From: Spirochaetaceae bacterium
Lineage (GTDB): Bacteria > Spirochaetota > Spirochaetia > DSM-2461
Reading direction: 5' to 3'
Assembly: GCA_965224705.1 (NCBI GenBank)
Contig: OZ245056.1
Location: 736,001 to 800,000 of the forward strand
DNA: 64,000 nt
The position numbers and the translations under genes were made by a program. Shown piece after piece: positions 19,290 to 28,415 of this stretch. The notes beneath the pieces were generated by a model, which was not told the origin of the DNA, searched no databases, and saw nothing but the letters and a program-made list of their open reading frames with translations. The first letter of the stretch is position 1, and each line of letters begins with the position of its first letter.

Positions 19290-19400
19290 GCCGTTCTAAC
19301 TCTTCCGAAAAACTGGTAATATGCCTGAAAGAATGGGACATCTCAAAAAACTGCCATCGAAAACTACGAAGCATTCAGAGATGTTTGTTGGAAGGTATGA

Positions 19401-20681
19401 GTGGGTAATAAAAGAGTTTTGATCGCTGACGCCTATGCAAAAATTGGAGAAAGCATTGAACTTTCCGGCTGGGTGCACCGTGTGCGAAATCTCGGCGGAG
19501 TGCAGTTCATTGTGCTTCGGGATAGAACCGGACAGATGCAGGTGGTTACCAATGGCCGGTTTAACCTTCCCGTTGAATCGGTTATTCGAGTTCATGGCAG
19601 GGTTTCAAGCAATGAAAAGGCCACTGGCGGAGCTGAGGTAATCCTTGAATCCTATGATACTCTGGCCGAATCCGCCGCTGATCTACCCCTGCAGGTGAAT
19701 CAGAACCCGGATTCCCTGGGACTTGAAGCAATTCTCGATAACCGAATGATCAGTTTGAGGATCCCCAAACTTCTGTCCATTTTTCGTATTCAGGCAACCT
19801 GCATCAAGGCTTTTGGCGACTTCTTCCGCAAGGAAGACTTCACTGAAATCAAATCAAGTAAAATCATCGGAGGAGGTTCAGAAGGCGGTACAAACCTTTT
19901 CTCCATGGATTATTTCGGCCGAACAGCCTACCTGGCCCAATCACCTCAACTCTACAAACAGGCCATGGTTTCCGCTGGCTTCGAGAGGGTCTTTGAAATT
20001 GGGCATGCATATCGAGCAGAAAAACATGAAACACCCAGGCATATTAACGAGTATGTTTCTCTTGATATCGAGATGGGCTTCATTGAGTCGGAGAAGCCCT
20101 TGATTGAAATTGAACGCCGCTTCATGGCATACCTGTTCAAAACTGTAAGGGAAGAGAATTCAAGGGAATTAAACCAGTGGAATAGCGACGTTCCTGCTCC
20201 TGAAGCCTGTAAGAACATACCCATCATTCCCCACGATGAGGCAAAGGAGATTGTAAAATCTGAGACCGGACGCAAAGCATTGGATATTAACCCGGAAGCC
20301 GAACGCATCCTCTGTGAATGGGCAGAAAAAAAGTATGGAATCGCCATGGTGTTTATCAATGAATTTCCCCGGCGAAAAAGGCCCTTTTACACCTACCCTC
20401 TGGGTAAGAAAACTATGAGTTTCGATCTATTGTTCCGAGGTCTGGAAATAACAACAGGCGGACGCCGCATCAATGAATACCCCATGCTGATCGAAACATT
20501 GCCCCGATATGGTATGACGGAATCAGAACTTGGGAGCTACATGGATATTTTCAAATTCGGCTGTCCTCCTCACGGAGGCTTTGCTCTGGGCCTGGAAAGA
20601 ATAACACAGAAAATACTTGGCCTGAACAACATAAAAGAAGCGACACTGTTTCCCCGGGACAGGAAAAGAATCGCCCCGTAA
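19401..20681 (+). CDS. aspS: Short (archaeal-type, probably non-discriminating) aspartyl-tRNA synthetase
   Basis: OB fold GWVHRVRNLGG, LAQSPQLYKQ, YRAE, PPHGGFALGLER, FPRD. 426 aa, too short for the bacterial GAD insertion. Confidence 0.9.
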   Translation: MGNKRVLIADAYAKIGESIELSGWVHRVRNLGGVQFIVLRDRTGQMQVVTNGRFNLPVESVIRVHGRVSSNEKATGGAEVILESYDTLAESAADLPLQVNQNPDSLGLEAILDNRMISLRIPKLLSIFRIQATCIKAFGDFFRKEDFTEIKSSKIIGGGSEGGTNLFSMDYFGRTAYLAQSPQLYKQAMVSAGFERVFEIGHAYRAEKHETPRHINEYVSLDIEMGFIESEKPLIEIERRFMAYLFKTVREENSRELNQWNSDVPAPEACKNIPIIPHDEAKEIVKSETGRKALDINPEAERILCEWAEKKYGIAMVFINEFPRRKRPFYTYPLGKKTMSFDLLFRGLEITTGGRRINEYPMLIETLPRYGMTESELGSYMDIFKFGCPPHGGFALGLERITQKILGLNNIKEATLFPRDRKRIAP

Positions 20682-20836
20682 CTGAGAACTTCCATACAAC
20701 AGGTTGTAAGGGTTGATGATATTGTATTGATTAGTATTCGCAGGAAGCGAAAAAAGGATGTATTGTTATAGACCTTTTACAGGCGTGAGGAACAAGATTG
20801 CCTCACACTGACGAAGATAGACATGTGGAGGATGCT

Positions 20837-21220
20837 GTGGAAGTAAAAGAAGGGTTGAAGTACACCGAATCTCATGAATGGATTCAACTAAAGGGTAAAA
20901 TCGCTGTTACAGGAATCACGGACTATGCTCAGGATGCTCTTGGAGACATCGTCTATGTTGAAGTTCCACAGGTGGGGATCAAAGTAAGCAAAGGTGATGA
21001 AGTGGTGAACATTGAATCGGTGAAAGTAGCCGAAGCCATATATGCCCCGGTTTCAGGAACTGTACTGGACATCAATGACAGCCTTGAAGAGGAACCGGAC
21101 TTGCTCAACAGTGATCCCTATGGAACGTTTATTTATTCGATTGAGATATCGGATCCATTGGAGCTTCAAGGCTGTATGAATGATGAAGAATACAGGAAGT
21201 TTACGGCCGCCCGGGACTAA
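20837..21220 (+). CDS. gcvH: Glycine cleavage system H protein
   Basis: YTESHEW, GITDYAQDALGDIVYV, lipoyl site IESVK; GTG start after GGAGG. Confidence 0.93.
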   Translation: MEVKEGLKYTESHEWIQLKGKIAVTGITDYAQDALGDIVYVEVPQVGIKVSKGDEVVNIESVKVAEAIYAPVSGTVLDINDSLEEEPDLLNSDPYGTFIYSIEISDPLELQGCMNDEEYRKFTAARD

Positions 21221-21289
21221 GAGCCTGTCGCCTTGCATCAGAAAAAAATCATCAAAAATCGGCTCGAAGCCTTAAAATCCGCCAGACTC
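21221..21289. repeat. Internally deleted copy of the 1042-1200 element
   Basis: gagcctgtcgccttgcatcag...cttaaaatccgccagactc; its reverse complement aligns to 1042-1105. Confidence 0.65.
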
Positions 21290-21412
21290 CCGGGAGCCTG
21301 GCATCCGCTGAGCGGAGATCTTCCAGGGCATTCTGCCGGAACTCAATGGGAGTACGGCCTATGTGCTGCATGATTTCCAGATAAAATCAGGAACGCTCCC
21401 CCCCCCTCTCCT

Positions 21413-21809
21413 CAGGGTAATTGCATCTAATTCTGTCCCAAAAAAAATGAAAAACACTGATTTTCGAGGTCAATGGAAATTTTTATCCAGTGTCTCAAAG
21501 AATGTGGAATCTCCTCAAAGCGGCATTAAACCGCAGAGAACGCAGAGGTACGCAGAGAGATATAGGGCAGCTCTTAAAACCGCTTAGAGCTGCCCGTGGG
21601 CGCATGGACGCACCCACATTTTGGGCAAAACGCCCAAAAATGGAGAAAAGTCTTACTTTAGTCCGGGTTTTTTCGTCTCTATAGCATAAACAGATTGGTC
21701 AACATTTATCTTGAACACTCTGCGCTCTCTGCGTCCTCTGCGGTTAAAAACCCATGAATAAGGCTTTGAAGAACACTCTGGCTAGTGGATTTTAGATGCG
21801 ATTGCCCTG
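21413..21809. mobile_element. Non-autonomous IS derivative (CAGGG termini, ISAs1-like) with target-site duplication
   Basis: TIRs cagggtaattgcatctaat / tttagatgcgattgccctg (16/19); flanking direct repeats cccctctcct (21403-21412) and cccctctccg (21810-21819); no transposase inside. Confidence 0.7.
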
Positions 21810-21865
21810 CCCCTCTCCGGTTTCAGACTACTCGCAATCCTATGTTTCATCTATAATCCATCTAA

Positions 21866-23053
21866 ATGGATGTATTGAGTATTGTCGGCCGCACAGAGCC
21901 TCTGATGTCTGAGGATCTGAACAAACATGAGCCGGACCTGAAAAACGTAATCGAGTCATCGCGTTTCCTCGTCATTGGAGGCGGGGGTTCAATCGGACAG
22001 GCTGTCACGAAAGAAATCTTTCGGCGAAATCCCCGGGTTCTTCACATCGTTGATCTCAGCGAGAACAATCTCGTTGAACTCGTCAGGGATATCCGAAGTT
22101 CTTCCGGATATATTTCTGGTGACTTCCGGACATTCGCGCTGGACTGCGGTTCCGTGAATTTTGAGCACATGCTGCGAGCGGAGGGTGGATATGACTTCGT
22201 TCTCAATCTATCCGCATTGAAGCATGTCCGGAGCGAAAAAGATCCCTACACACTGATGCGCATGGTGGACACGAACATCCTCAACACTGTCAAAGTGATG
22301 GAGTTGGCCGTAGAAGCCGGGGTGAAAAAATACTTCTGTGTCTCCACGGACAAAGCATCCAATCCTGCCAATATGATGGGTGCGTCAAAGCGTATCATGG
22401 AAATATTCTTAATGGACCGCAGCGATAGCATTGACGTCTCCATGGCCCGTTTTGCCAACGTTGCCTTCTCAGACGGGAGCCTTCTCCAGGGATTCGAGAA
22501 GAGGCTGGAAAAACGTCAACCTCTTGCAGCCCCCAACGATGTCCGCCGTTACTTTCTCACTTCGCAAGAGGCTGGAACTCTTTGTCTGTTCTCGACAATA
22601 CTTGGCCGATGTAACGAGATTTTCTTTCCCAAATTAAGCGAAAAACTCAATCTGGTTACATTTCCCTCTATTGCCAGAAACTTCCTTGAATCGAGGGGAT
22701 ATAAGCCATTTCTCTGCGAGTCTGAAGACCAGGCCCGGAACTACTTTGCTTCCGGGAACCACCCTGGAGAATGGCCCTGCGTTTTTTCAAGTTCAGACAC
22801 GACCGGTGAAAAGAGTTATGAAGAATTCTACATGAGCGGAGAATCCGTGGACCTGGAACGCTTCAAATCGCTCGGAGTCGTTGTTGCAAGTCATACACGG
22901 CCAACGGAAGCATTAAAAGAATTCCGAACCCAAATTGAAGCGATTCGGCGCAGCAAGTCCTGGAAGAGGCAGCAATTTATCGAATTATTCCAATCCCTTC
23001 TGCCGGAACTCCGCCATAAGGAAACCGGCAAATTCCTCGACGAGAAGATGTAG
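21866..23053 (+). CDS. legB: NDP-GlcNAc 4,6-dehydratase (LegB-type)
   Basis: GGGGSIG, LSALKHVRSEKDP, STDKA..P.NMMGASKR, ARFANVAFSDGSLL. Confidence 0.88.
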   Translation: MDVLSIVGRTEPLMSEDLNKHEPDLKNVIESSRFLVIGGGGSIGQAVTKEIFRRNPRVLHIVDLSENNLVELVRDIRSSSGYISGDFRTFALDCGSVNFEHMLRAEGGYDFVLNLSALKHVRSEKDPYTLMRMVDTNILNTVKVMELAVEAGVKKYFCVSTDKASNPANMMGASKRIMEIFLMDRSDSIDVSMARFANVAFSDGSLLQGFEKRLEKRQPLAAPNDVRRYFLTSQEAGTLCLFSTILGRCNEIFFPKLSEKLNLVTFPSIARNFLESRGYKPFLCESEDQARNYFASGNHPGEWPCVFSSSDTTGEKSYEEFYMSGESVDLERFKSLGVVVASHTRPTEALKEFRTQIEAIRRSKSWKRQQFIELFQSLLPELRHKETGKFLDEKM

Positions 23054-23055
23054 GT

Positions 23056-24210
23056 TTGCCAGTGAATTTTTTTCAGGACATTGTAGACTTTATACGCCGT
23101 ATCAATCCCGCTGGAGACTTCATTCCCCTCCACGCCCCTGTCTTTCGCGGCCGCGAAAAGGAATACCTGCAGCGCTGTATCGACAGCTCTTTCGTGTCCA
23201 GTGTTGGGGAATTTGTCGATCTCTTTGAACACGAGTTGAAAGAATACACGGGTGCCGCATCCGTTGTGGCAGTAATGAACGGTACCGCGGCCCTTCACGT
23301 GGCTCTTCATATCGTGGATGTCCGTTACGGCGACCTGGTTATAACGCAGCCCCTTGCTTTCGTCGCCTCTTGCAATGCTATTGCTCAGATCGGTGCCTCT
23401 CCGGCTTTCGTCGACATTGATCCCCGCACCCTTGGAATGGATCCGGTTGATTTACAGAACTTCCTTGAGAATGAATGTGATCATGAAAAAGAAACGACTC
23501 ACAAAGCCTCAGGAAAAAGAATCGCCGCCTGTGTTCCAATGCACACTTTCGGCCATCCAGCCAATACTGAGGAAATAGCCAGGATATGCCGCGAGTGGAG
23601 TATTCCCCTGATAGAGGATGCCGCCGAATCTCTTGGAAGCTACCGCGCTGGAAAACATGCCGGGTTAACCGGCCGATGCGGGATTCTGAGTTTTAACGGC
23701 AATAAAACCATCACCACTGGCGGCGGCGGGGCTATTATCACAATAGACGAAGAGTTTGGCCGGACGGCGAAGTACATCACCACCACGGCAAAAGTTCCCC
23801 ATCGGTGGGATTTTATACACGATCAACCGGGTTTCAATTATCGAATGCCCAACATCAATGCGGCCCTGGGCTGTGCTCAGATGGAAGAGATCTCCACAAT
23901 TCTGGCAGAGAAAAGATCTCTCGCCGATGAATACCGGAAATACTTCAGCGCCACACCCTGGACATTCATCGATGAACCGGAGAATTGCCGGAGTAATTTC
24001 TGGCTGAATTCGGTGTTGACCAGTGGACCGCGTGAGCGTGATGATTTTCTTGCATTCAGCAATGACCGCAAAATAATGACCCGTCCGGCATGGGAATTGA
24101 TGATGAATCTTCCCATGTTCGCCGATTGTCCGCGATCTGCGGATCTCGGAGACTCGCTGAATATCCGCCGCCGCCTGGTGAATCTTCCAAGTGGGATTTC
24201 ATGCCGGTAA
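23056..24210 (+). CDS. legC: LegC-family PLP aminotransferase
   Basis: IPLHAP, VSSVG, EDAAESLGS, SFNGNKTITTGGGG, NYRMPNINAALG. Confidence 0.92.
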   Translation: MPVNFFQDIVDFIRRINPAGDFIPLHAPVFRGREKEYLQRCIDSSFVSSVGEFVDLFEHELKEYTGAASVVAVMNGTAALHVALHIVDVRYGDLVITQPLAFVASCNAIAQIGASPAFVDIDPRTLGMDPVDLQNFLENECDHEKETTHKASGKRIAACVPMHTFGHPANTEEIARICREWSIPLIEDAAESLGSYRAGKHAGLTGRCGILSFNGNKTITTGGGGAIITIDEEFGRTAKYITTTAKVPHRWDFIHDQPGFNYRMPNINAALGCAQMEEISTILAEKRSLADEYRKYFSATPWTFIDEPENCRSNFWLNSVLTSGPRERDDFLAFSNDRKIMTRPAWELMMNLPMFADCPRSADLGDSLNIRRRLVNLPSGISCR

Positions 24211-24845
24211 CGGAGGACATCGTTTTAATCGGCGGCGGAGGTCACGCCCTTTCCTGCTTAAACGTAATACGGAGAGGGGGAAAATTTCATCCTATCGGAA
24301 TCCTTGATCGGGATATCCCCATCGGAGAATCAGTCGATGGTGTCTTCGTTGTCGGCACTGACGCGGACCGGGACAAATGGGTGAAATGCGGGGCTGTTTT
24401 CCACGTGGCTTCAGGAATGCTCCGGGGAAATAATCGCCGCCGTGAGCATCTCTTCACACTGTATCAGTCAGAAGGCGGCAGGTTCCCGGTTCTGGTTGAT
24501 CCGTCCGCTTCAATCGCGGAGAGTGCTGTGCTTGGCGAAGGAACAATTCTTATGCCCGGTGCAAGGATCAATGCTGGAGCGGAAACAGGTCTCAACGTTA
24601 TTGTGAACACAGGAGCAATCATTGAGCACGGCGCCAGAATCGGGTCTCATGTCCATGTGGCCACGTCCGCCGTGGTCAACGGGGAATGTCGGGTAGGAGA
24701 AGGATGCTTTATCGGCTCGGGAGCCCTCCTGCGCAATGGTATCGAAGTTGTTCAGGGGACCACCGTTGGTATGGGAGCCGTGGTCGTTAAGTCCATCACC
24801 GTTCCCGGAACCTATACAGGCAACCCGGCAAAGAGAGTAGCATGA
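24201..24845 (+). CDS. neuD: NeuD/PglD-like sugar acetyltransferase (LegH)
   Basis: IGGGGHA, hexapeptide repeats, NTGAIIEH, GNPAK. ATG at 24201 overlaps the legC end. Confidence 0.88.
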   Translation: MPVTEDIVLIGGGGHALSCLNVIRRGGKFHPIGILDRDIPIGESVDGVFVVGTDADRDKWVKCGAVFHVASGMLRGNNRRREHLFTLYQSEGGRFPVLVDPSASIAESAVLGEGTILMPGARINAGAETGLNVIVNTGAIIEHGARIGSHVHVATSAVVNGECRVGEGCFIGSGALLRNGIEVVQGTTVGMGAVVVKSITVPGTYTGNPAKRVA

Positions 24846-25852
24846 CGAGTACCCTGATCATTGCTGAAGCCGGTGTCAATCACAATGGATCGATAAGAGA
24901 AGCGATGGATATGTGCCTGGCGGCCAGGGACGCCGGTGCCGACATCGTGAAATTCCAGACTTTCGATCCTGAAATACTCGCCGCAGAATCGGCGCCCAGA
25001 GCTGAATATCAGATTACAGGCGAAGATGATAACGAAAGTCAGCTTGACATGCTCAGAAAACTGACCCTCACACGGAAGGAAAAGGAAAAGCTCGCGGAGC
25101 ATTGTCGGGAAATTGGTATCCAATTCTGCTCATCACCTTTTGATATCGAATCAGCCCGATTTCTGAAATCAATCGGTGTCGATCTATGGAAGATTCCCTC
25201 CGGTGAAATCACCAATCTGCCGCTGCTCCAGGAAATCGCCTCCTACAACAATCCGATGATCCTCTCAACCGGAATGTCCACCATGAGTGAGATCCGTTCA
25301 GCCGTCGACATCCTTGAACCTTCGGAATCGATTCACACAAGACTGACGCTATTGCATTGCAATACTGACTATCCAACGGATATGGGTGATGTGAACCTCC
25401 GCTGCATGGCAGCCCTCTCACGTGAATTCGGTACTCCGATTGGATACTCAGACCATACAAGAGGTATTGAAGTCCCCATCGCCGCGGCGGCCCTTGGAGC
25501 CTCGGTCATTGAGAAGCATTTCACCATGGATCGGAATGCCAGAGGCCCGGACCACTCGGCGAGTTTGACGCCCAGCGAACTGACGGCGATGGTTCAGGCG
25601 ATTCGCAATATTGAAATCGCTCTGGGATCCGCCGCAAAAAAACCAACCGAATCCGAACTCAAAAACCTGCCGATTGTCCGCAAAAGCATTGTGGCCGCCC
25701 GCAATATAACGCGGGGAGAGATTCTGGATGAATCCAACATCACCGCGAAACGTCCGGGAACAGGCATCTCGCCAATGAGATGGCACCAGGTCATCGGACG
25801 GGCCGCCGAACGAAACTACATCAAGGACGAACTCATCGATGATCACCGATAA
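24842..25852 (+). CDS. neuB: Nonulosonic acid synthase (LegI/NeuB)
   Basis: IIAEAGVNHNG, KFQTF, KIPSGEITN, GYSDHT, EKHFT, KRPGTGISP. Confidence 0.95.
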   Translation: MTSTLIIAEAGVNHNGSIREAMDMCLAARDAGADIVKFQTFDPEILAAESAPRAEYQITGEDDNESQLDMLRKLTLTRKEKEKLAEHCREIGIQFCSSPFDIESARFLKSIGVDLWKIPSGEITNLPLLQEIASYNNPMILSTGMSTMSEIRSAVDILEPSESIHTRLTLLHCNTDYPTDMGDVNLRCMAALSREFGTPIGYSDHTRGIEVPIAAAALGASVIEKHFTMDRNARGPDHSASLTPSELTAMVQAIRNIEIALGSAAKKPTESELKNLPIVRKSIVAARNITRGEILDESNITAKRPGTGISPMRWHQVIGRAAERNYIKDELIDDHR

Positions 25853-25945
25853 AATCCTGCATAACCCAGTTGTGCTCGGCCTTTCCCCCCCTGGAATCGA
25901 CCGCCTGCAGCAGGCAGGCGAGAATCTCTCCGAGGGATACTCTGA

Positions 25946-27100
25946 ATGAGTAAGGTCTTTGCCGTTGTCACTTCCACCCGGGCCGATTATGGTCTGTTGG
26001 TACCCATGCTCAGATCACTCAGCCGTGCCGATGGAATTGACTATCGTTTAATCGTCACCGGAACTCATCTTTCAGAACAGCATGGCTTAACCAAAAACCA
26101 GATTTACGAAGATGATTTCATTGTAGCGGATGAAGTACCGTGCTTAGCCGACAGGGGAGAGGAACCGGCCACTGCTGTAACCGCCAGTCGGGCTTTGTAC
26201 CGAATGGCCGGTGTTTTCAGTCGGATTCAACCGGATGCGGTCATCCTTCCTGGGGACCGATACGAAATTATGGCATCGGCCATTGCCGCATCACTCTGCC
26301 GAATTCCCATCGTCCACCTCCATGGGGGAGAGGTTACCGAAGGATCCTATGACGAAGGCTTCCGGCACGCGATTTCAAAGCTGAGTCACATTCATCTGAC
26401 TGCAGCCGAAGAGTATCGGCAGCGGGTGATTCAAATGGGTGAGGATCCTGACCGGACTTTCGTCGTGGGTTCTCCAGGTGTAGAAAATCTTCTTGGAATC
26501 AAACCGATGTCCCGATCGGAACTCTCAGAAGATCTTGGCATGGCACTGGCCGACCCCCTCCTGCTGGTGACACTGCACCCTGAAACCCTGAGGCCGGGTA
26601 TGGCAGACCCGCACTCTCAGATCCTTATTGAAGGATTGAGTAAACGGCCAGAGACCATGATCGTGTTTACCGCAGCCAATGCTGATTCTGAGGGAAAAAT
26701 CATCAATCAGCGTTTCAAGGAATACTGCCGAATGCGAGAGAATGCCTATTTTATTCCCAGCCTTGGGAACCGGCGTTATGCATCGATTCTCCGCATCGCC
26801 AGGGCCGTTGTCGGGAACTCTTCCAGCGGCATCATTGAAGTACCAAGTTTCGGAATACCAACGGTGAACGTGGGTGATCGGCAGAAAGGACGGCTGCGGG
26901 CACCATCAATCATCGATGTGGATTGGAACGCTGAGAGAATTGCCCAGGCCATAGGGACAGCTCTTGCCGGAGCACCGGGGGGTCAAGAAAACCCCTATGG
27001 AGAAGGAAATGCATCATCGAGGATTCTTGAAATCCTCCAATCGGTGAAATTTGACCGGGAGTTATTGAGGAAAACATTTTGGGATTTGAAGACAACATGA
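25946..27100 (+). CDS. neuC: Hydrolysing NDP-sugar 2-epimerase (LegG/NeuC)
   Basis: TRADYGLL, GDRYE, HLHGGE, RHAISKLSH, GNSSSGIIE, RQKGR. Confidence 0.95.
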   Translation: MSKVFAVVTSTRADYGLLVPMLRSLSRADGIDYRLIVTGTHLSEQHGLTKNQIYEDDFIVADEVPCLADRGEEPATAVTASRALYRMAGVFSRIQPDAVILPGDRYEIMASAIAASLCRIPIVHLHGGEVTEGSYDEGFRHAISKLSHIHLTAAEEYRQRVIQMGEDPDRTFVVGSPGVENLLGIKPMSRSELSEDLGMALADPLLLVTLHPETLRPGMADPHSQILIEGLSKRPETMIVFTAANADSEGKIINQRFKEYCRMRENAYFIPSLGNRRYASILRIARAVVGNSSSGIIEVPSFGIPTVNVGDRQKGRLRAPSIIDVDWNAERIAQAIGTALAGAPGGQENPYGEGNASSRILEILQSVKFDRELLRKTFWDLKTT

Positions 27101-28152
27101 ATGATCAGGAGAAATACACAGTCGTTTCATCGATTGATATAAAAACCTGTCTGAAAAAACTGGACAAAGCGGCCTGTGGTGTTGCATTTGTCGTCGACAA
27201 TGACGGAAGACTCATTGGTTCCGTCTCGGACGGTGATATTCGCAGGGCATTGCTTGCGGGAAAGACTCTGGATGAGTCTATAGATGGCCTCTTTAATGCT
27301 TCTCCGGTATCAATAGGCACAGACGAATCCGAGGAATCGATTCGGTCTTCCTTTCTGGATAAACGGCTCGGTGTACTCCCCATCACGGACGGGAATGGAC
27401 TGTTTGTCTCTGTCCTGGAATGGGAGACTTTCTTCGGCGAGAAATATCAGCCCGAACGGCAGAAGCTGGACTTGCCGGTGATAATCATGGCCGGAGGAAA
27501 GGGCACTCGCATGGCCCCCTTCACCAATGTGCTGCCCAAGCCTCTTGTGCCAATCAGAGAGAAAACGATAATGGAGATTATAATTGAACAATTCCGATCC
27601 TATTCCATCAAGGACTTCTTTTTCATTCTCAACTATAAAGGCAAGATGATTGAAGCCTATTTTGACAGTATTGAACGTGACTACAAGGTTCACTATGTAT
27701 GGGAAAAAGAGTTCGAAGGGACTGCCGGCAGCTTAAAACTGCTCCCAGAAGACTTCCCTGAGAATTTCATTTTGTCCAATTGTGACGTTATAGTAAAAGC
27801 TGACTACGGGAACGTTCTTAAGAAGCACATTGAAAACCAGGCGTTGGTGACTGTCCTTTCATCGTATCAGCATTATCAAATTCCTTACGGCATTGTCGAA
27901 TACACCGAAGACGGAAGAATTATCGCTCTGCGTGAGAAGCCCGAGTACTCGTTCCCGGTCAATACCGGTGTCTATGTCATAAACAGGAAAGCACTGAAAT
28001 TTATTCCCCCCGAAGGCATTTTCCATATGACCCATCTCATTGAAGCGTTGATGAAGGATAACCAGGTGGTGAGTGCTTACCCCTTGGGAGAATACAATTA
28101 CATAGACATCGGTCAGTGGGAGGAATACAGAAAAGCCGTGAGAATCCTGTGA
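27097..28152 (+). CDS. ptmE: CBS-domain sugar-phosphate nucleotidyltransferase (PtmE-like)
   Basis: CBS pair (SDGDIRRALL), MAGGKGTRM..T..LPKPL, GTAGSL, EKP, DIG. Confidence 0.85.
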   Translation: MNDQEKYTVVSSIDIKTCLKKLDKAACGVAFVVDNDGRLIGSVSDGDIRRALLAGKTLDESIDGLFNASPVSIGTDESEESIRSSFLDKRLGVLPITDGNGLFVSVLEWETFFGEKYQPERQKLDLPVIIMAGGKGTRMAPFTNVLPKPLVPIREKTIMEIIIEQFRSYSIKDFFFILNYKGKMIEAYFDSIERDYKVHYVWEKEFEGTAGSLKLLPEDFPENFILSNCDVIVKADYGNVLKKHIENQALVTVLSSYQHYQIPYGIVEYTEDGRIIALREKPEYSFPVNTGVYVINRKALKFIPPEGIFHMTHLIEALMKDNQVVSAYPLGEYNYIDIGQWEEYRKAVRIL

Positions 28153-28180
28153 CAGGCAGGAAGTTCCGGGATATCTCTAA

Positions 28181-28343
28181 AGGCGCCTCTAAAAAACCCG
28201 CTTTCGGAATCTGGCACAGAGACTCTTCACTGATACAAGGCGACAAAAGCGGAGTGCAGCTGGGCGGCGGGAGCATTTTGGCAACGCAGCAGCAGTGGTA
28301 AAGATCAATCCAGAAACGGAATGGGTGTTCTTTAGAGGTGCCC
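28181..28343. repeat. MITE-like element (gggcacctct-TIR family)
   Basis: aggcgcctctaaaaaaccc ... gtgttctttagaggtgccc; core ctgatacaaggcgaca...ttggcaacgcagcagc. Confidence 0.7.
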
Positions 28344-28415
28344 TTTGATAAAAGAGCCCGTTTCCTTGTTCGCTAACAGAGGAAAATGATATAATCAGCA
28401 TTATAGGGAGGGCAG

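Noticed and set aside
19290..19400. T-box leader before aspS (and before leuS)
   Set aside because: No GGTGGNACC T-box sequence and the spaces are too short. The aspS gap holds only a weak TIR-like relic (gggacatctcaaaaaac).
20785..20830. Hammerhead ribozyme or glycine riboswitch at CTGACGA
   Set aside because: No stem II/GAAA core and no CTCTCAGG/GCCGAAG glycine-aptamer motifs.
21363..21684. Short ORFs 21363-21587 and 21490-21684
   Set aside because: They lie inside the nested repeat element, with no RBS or protein-like features.
21529..21745. cgcagag repeats as a CRISPR array
   Set aside because: Units are about 9-10 bp, arranged as inverted arms, with no spacers and no cas genes.
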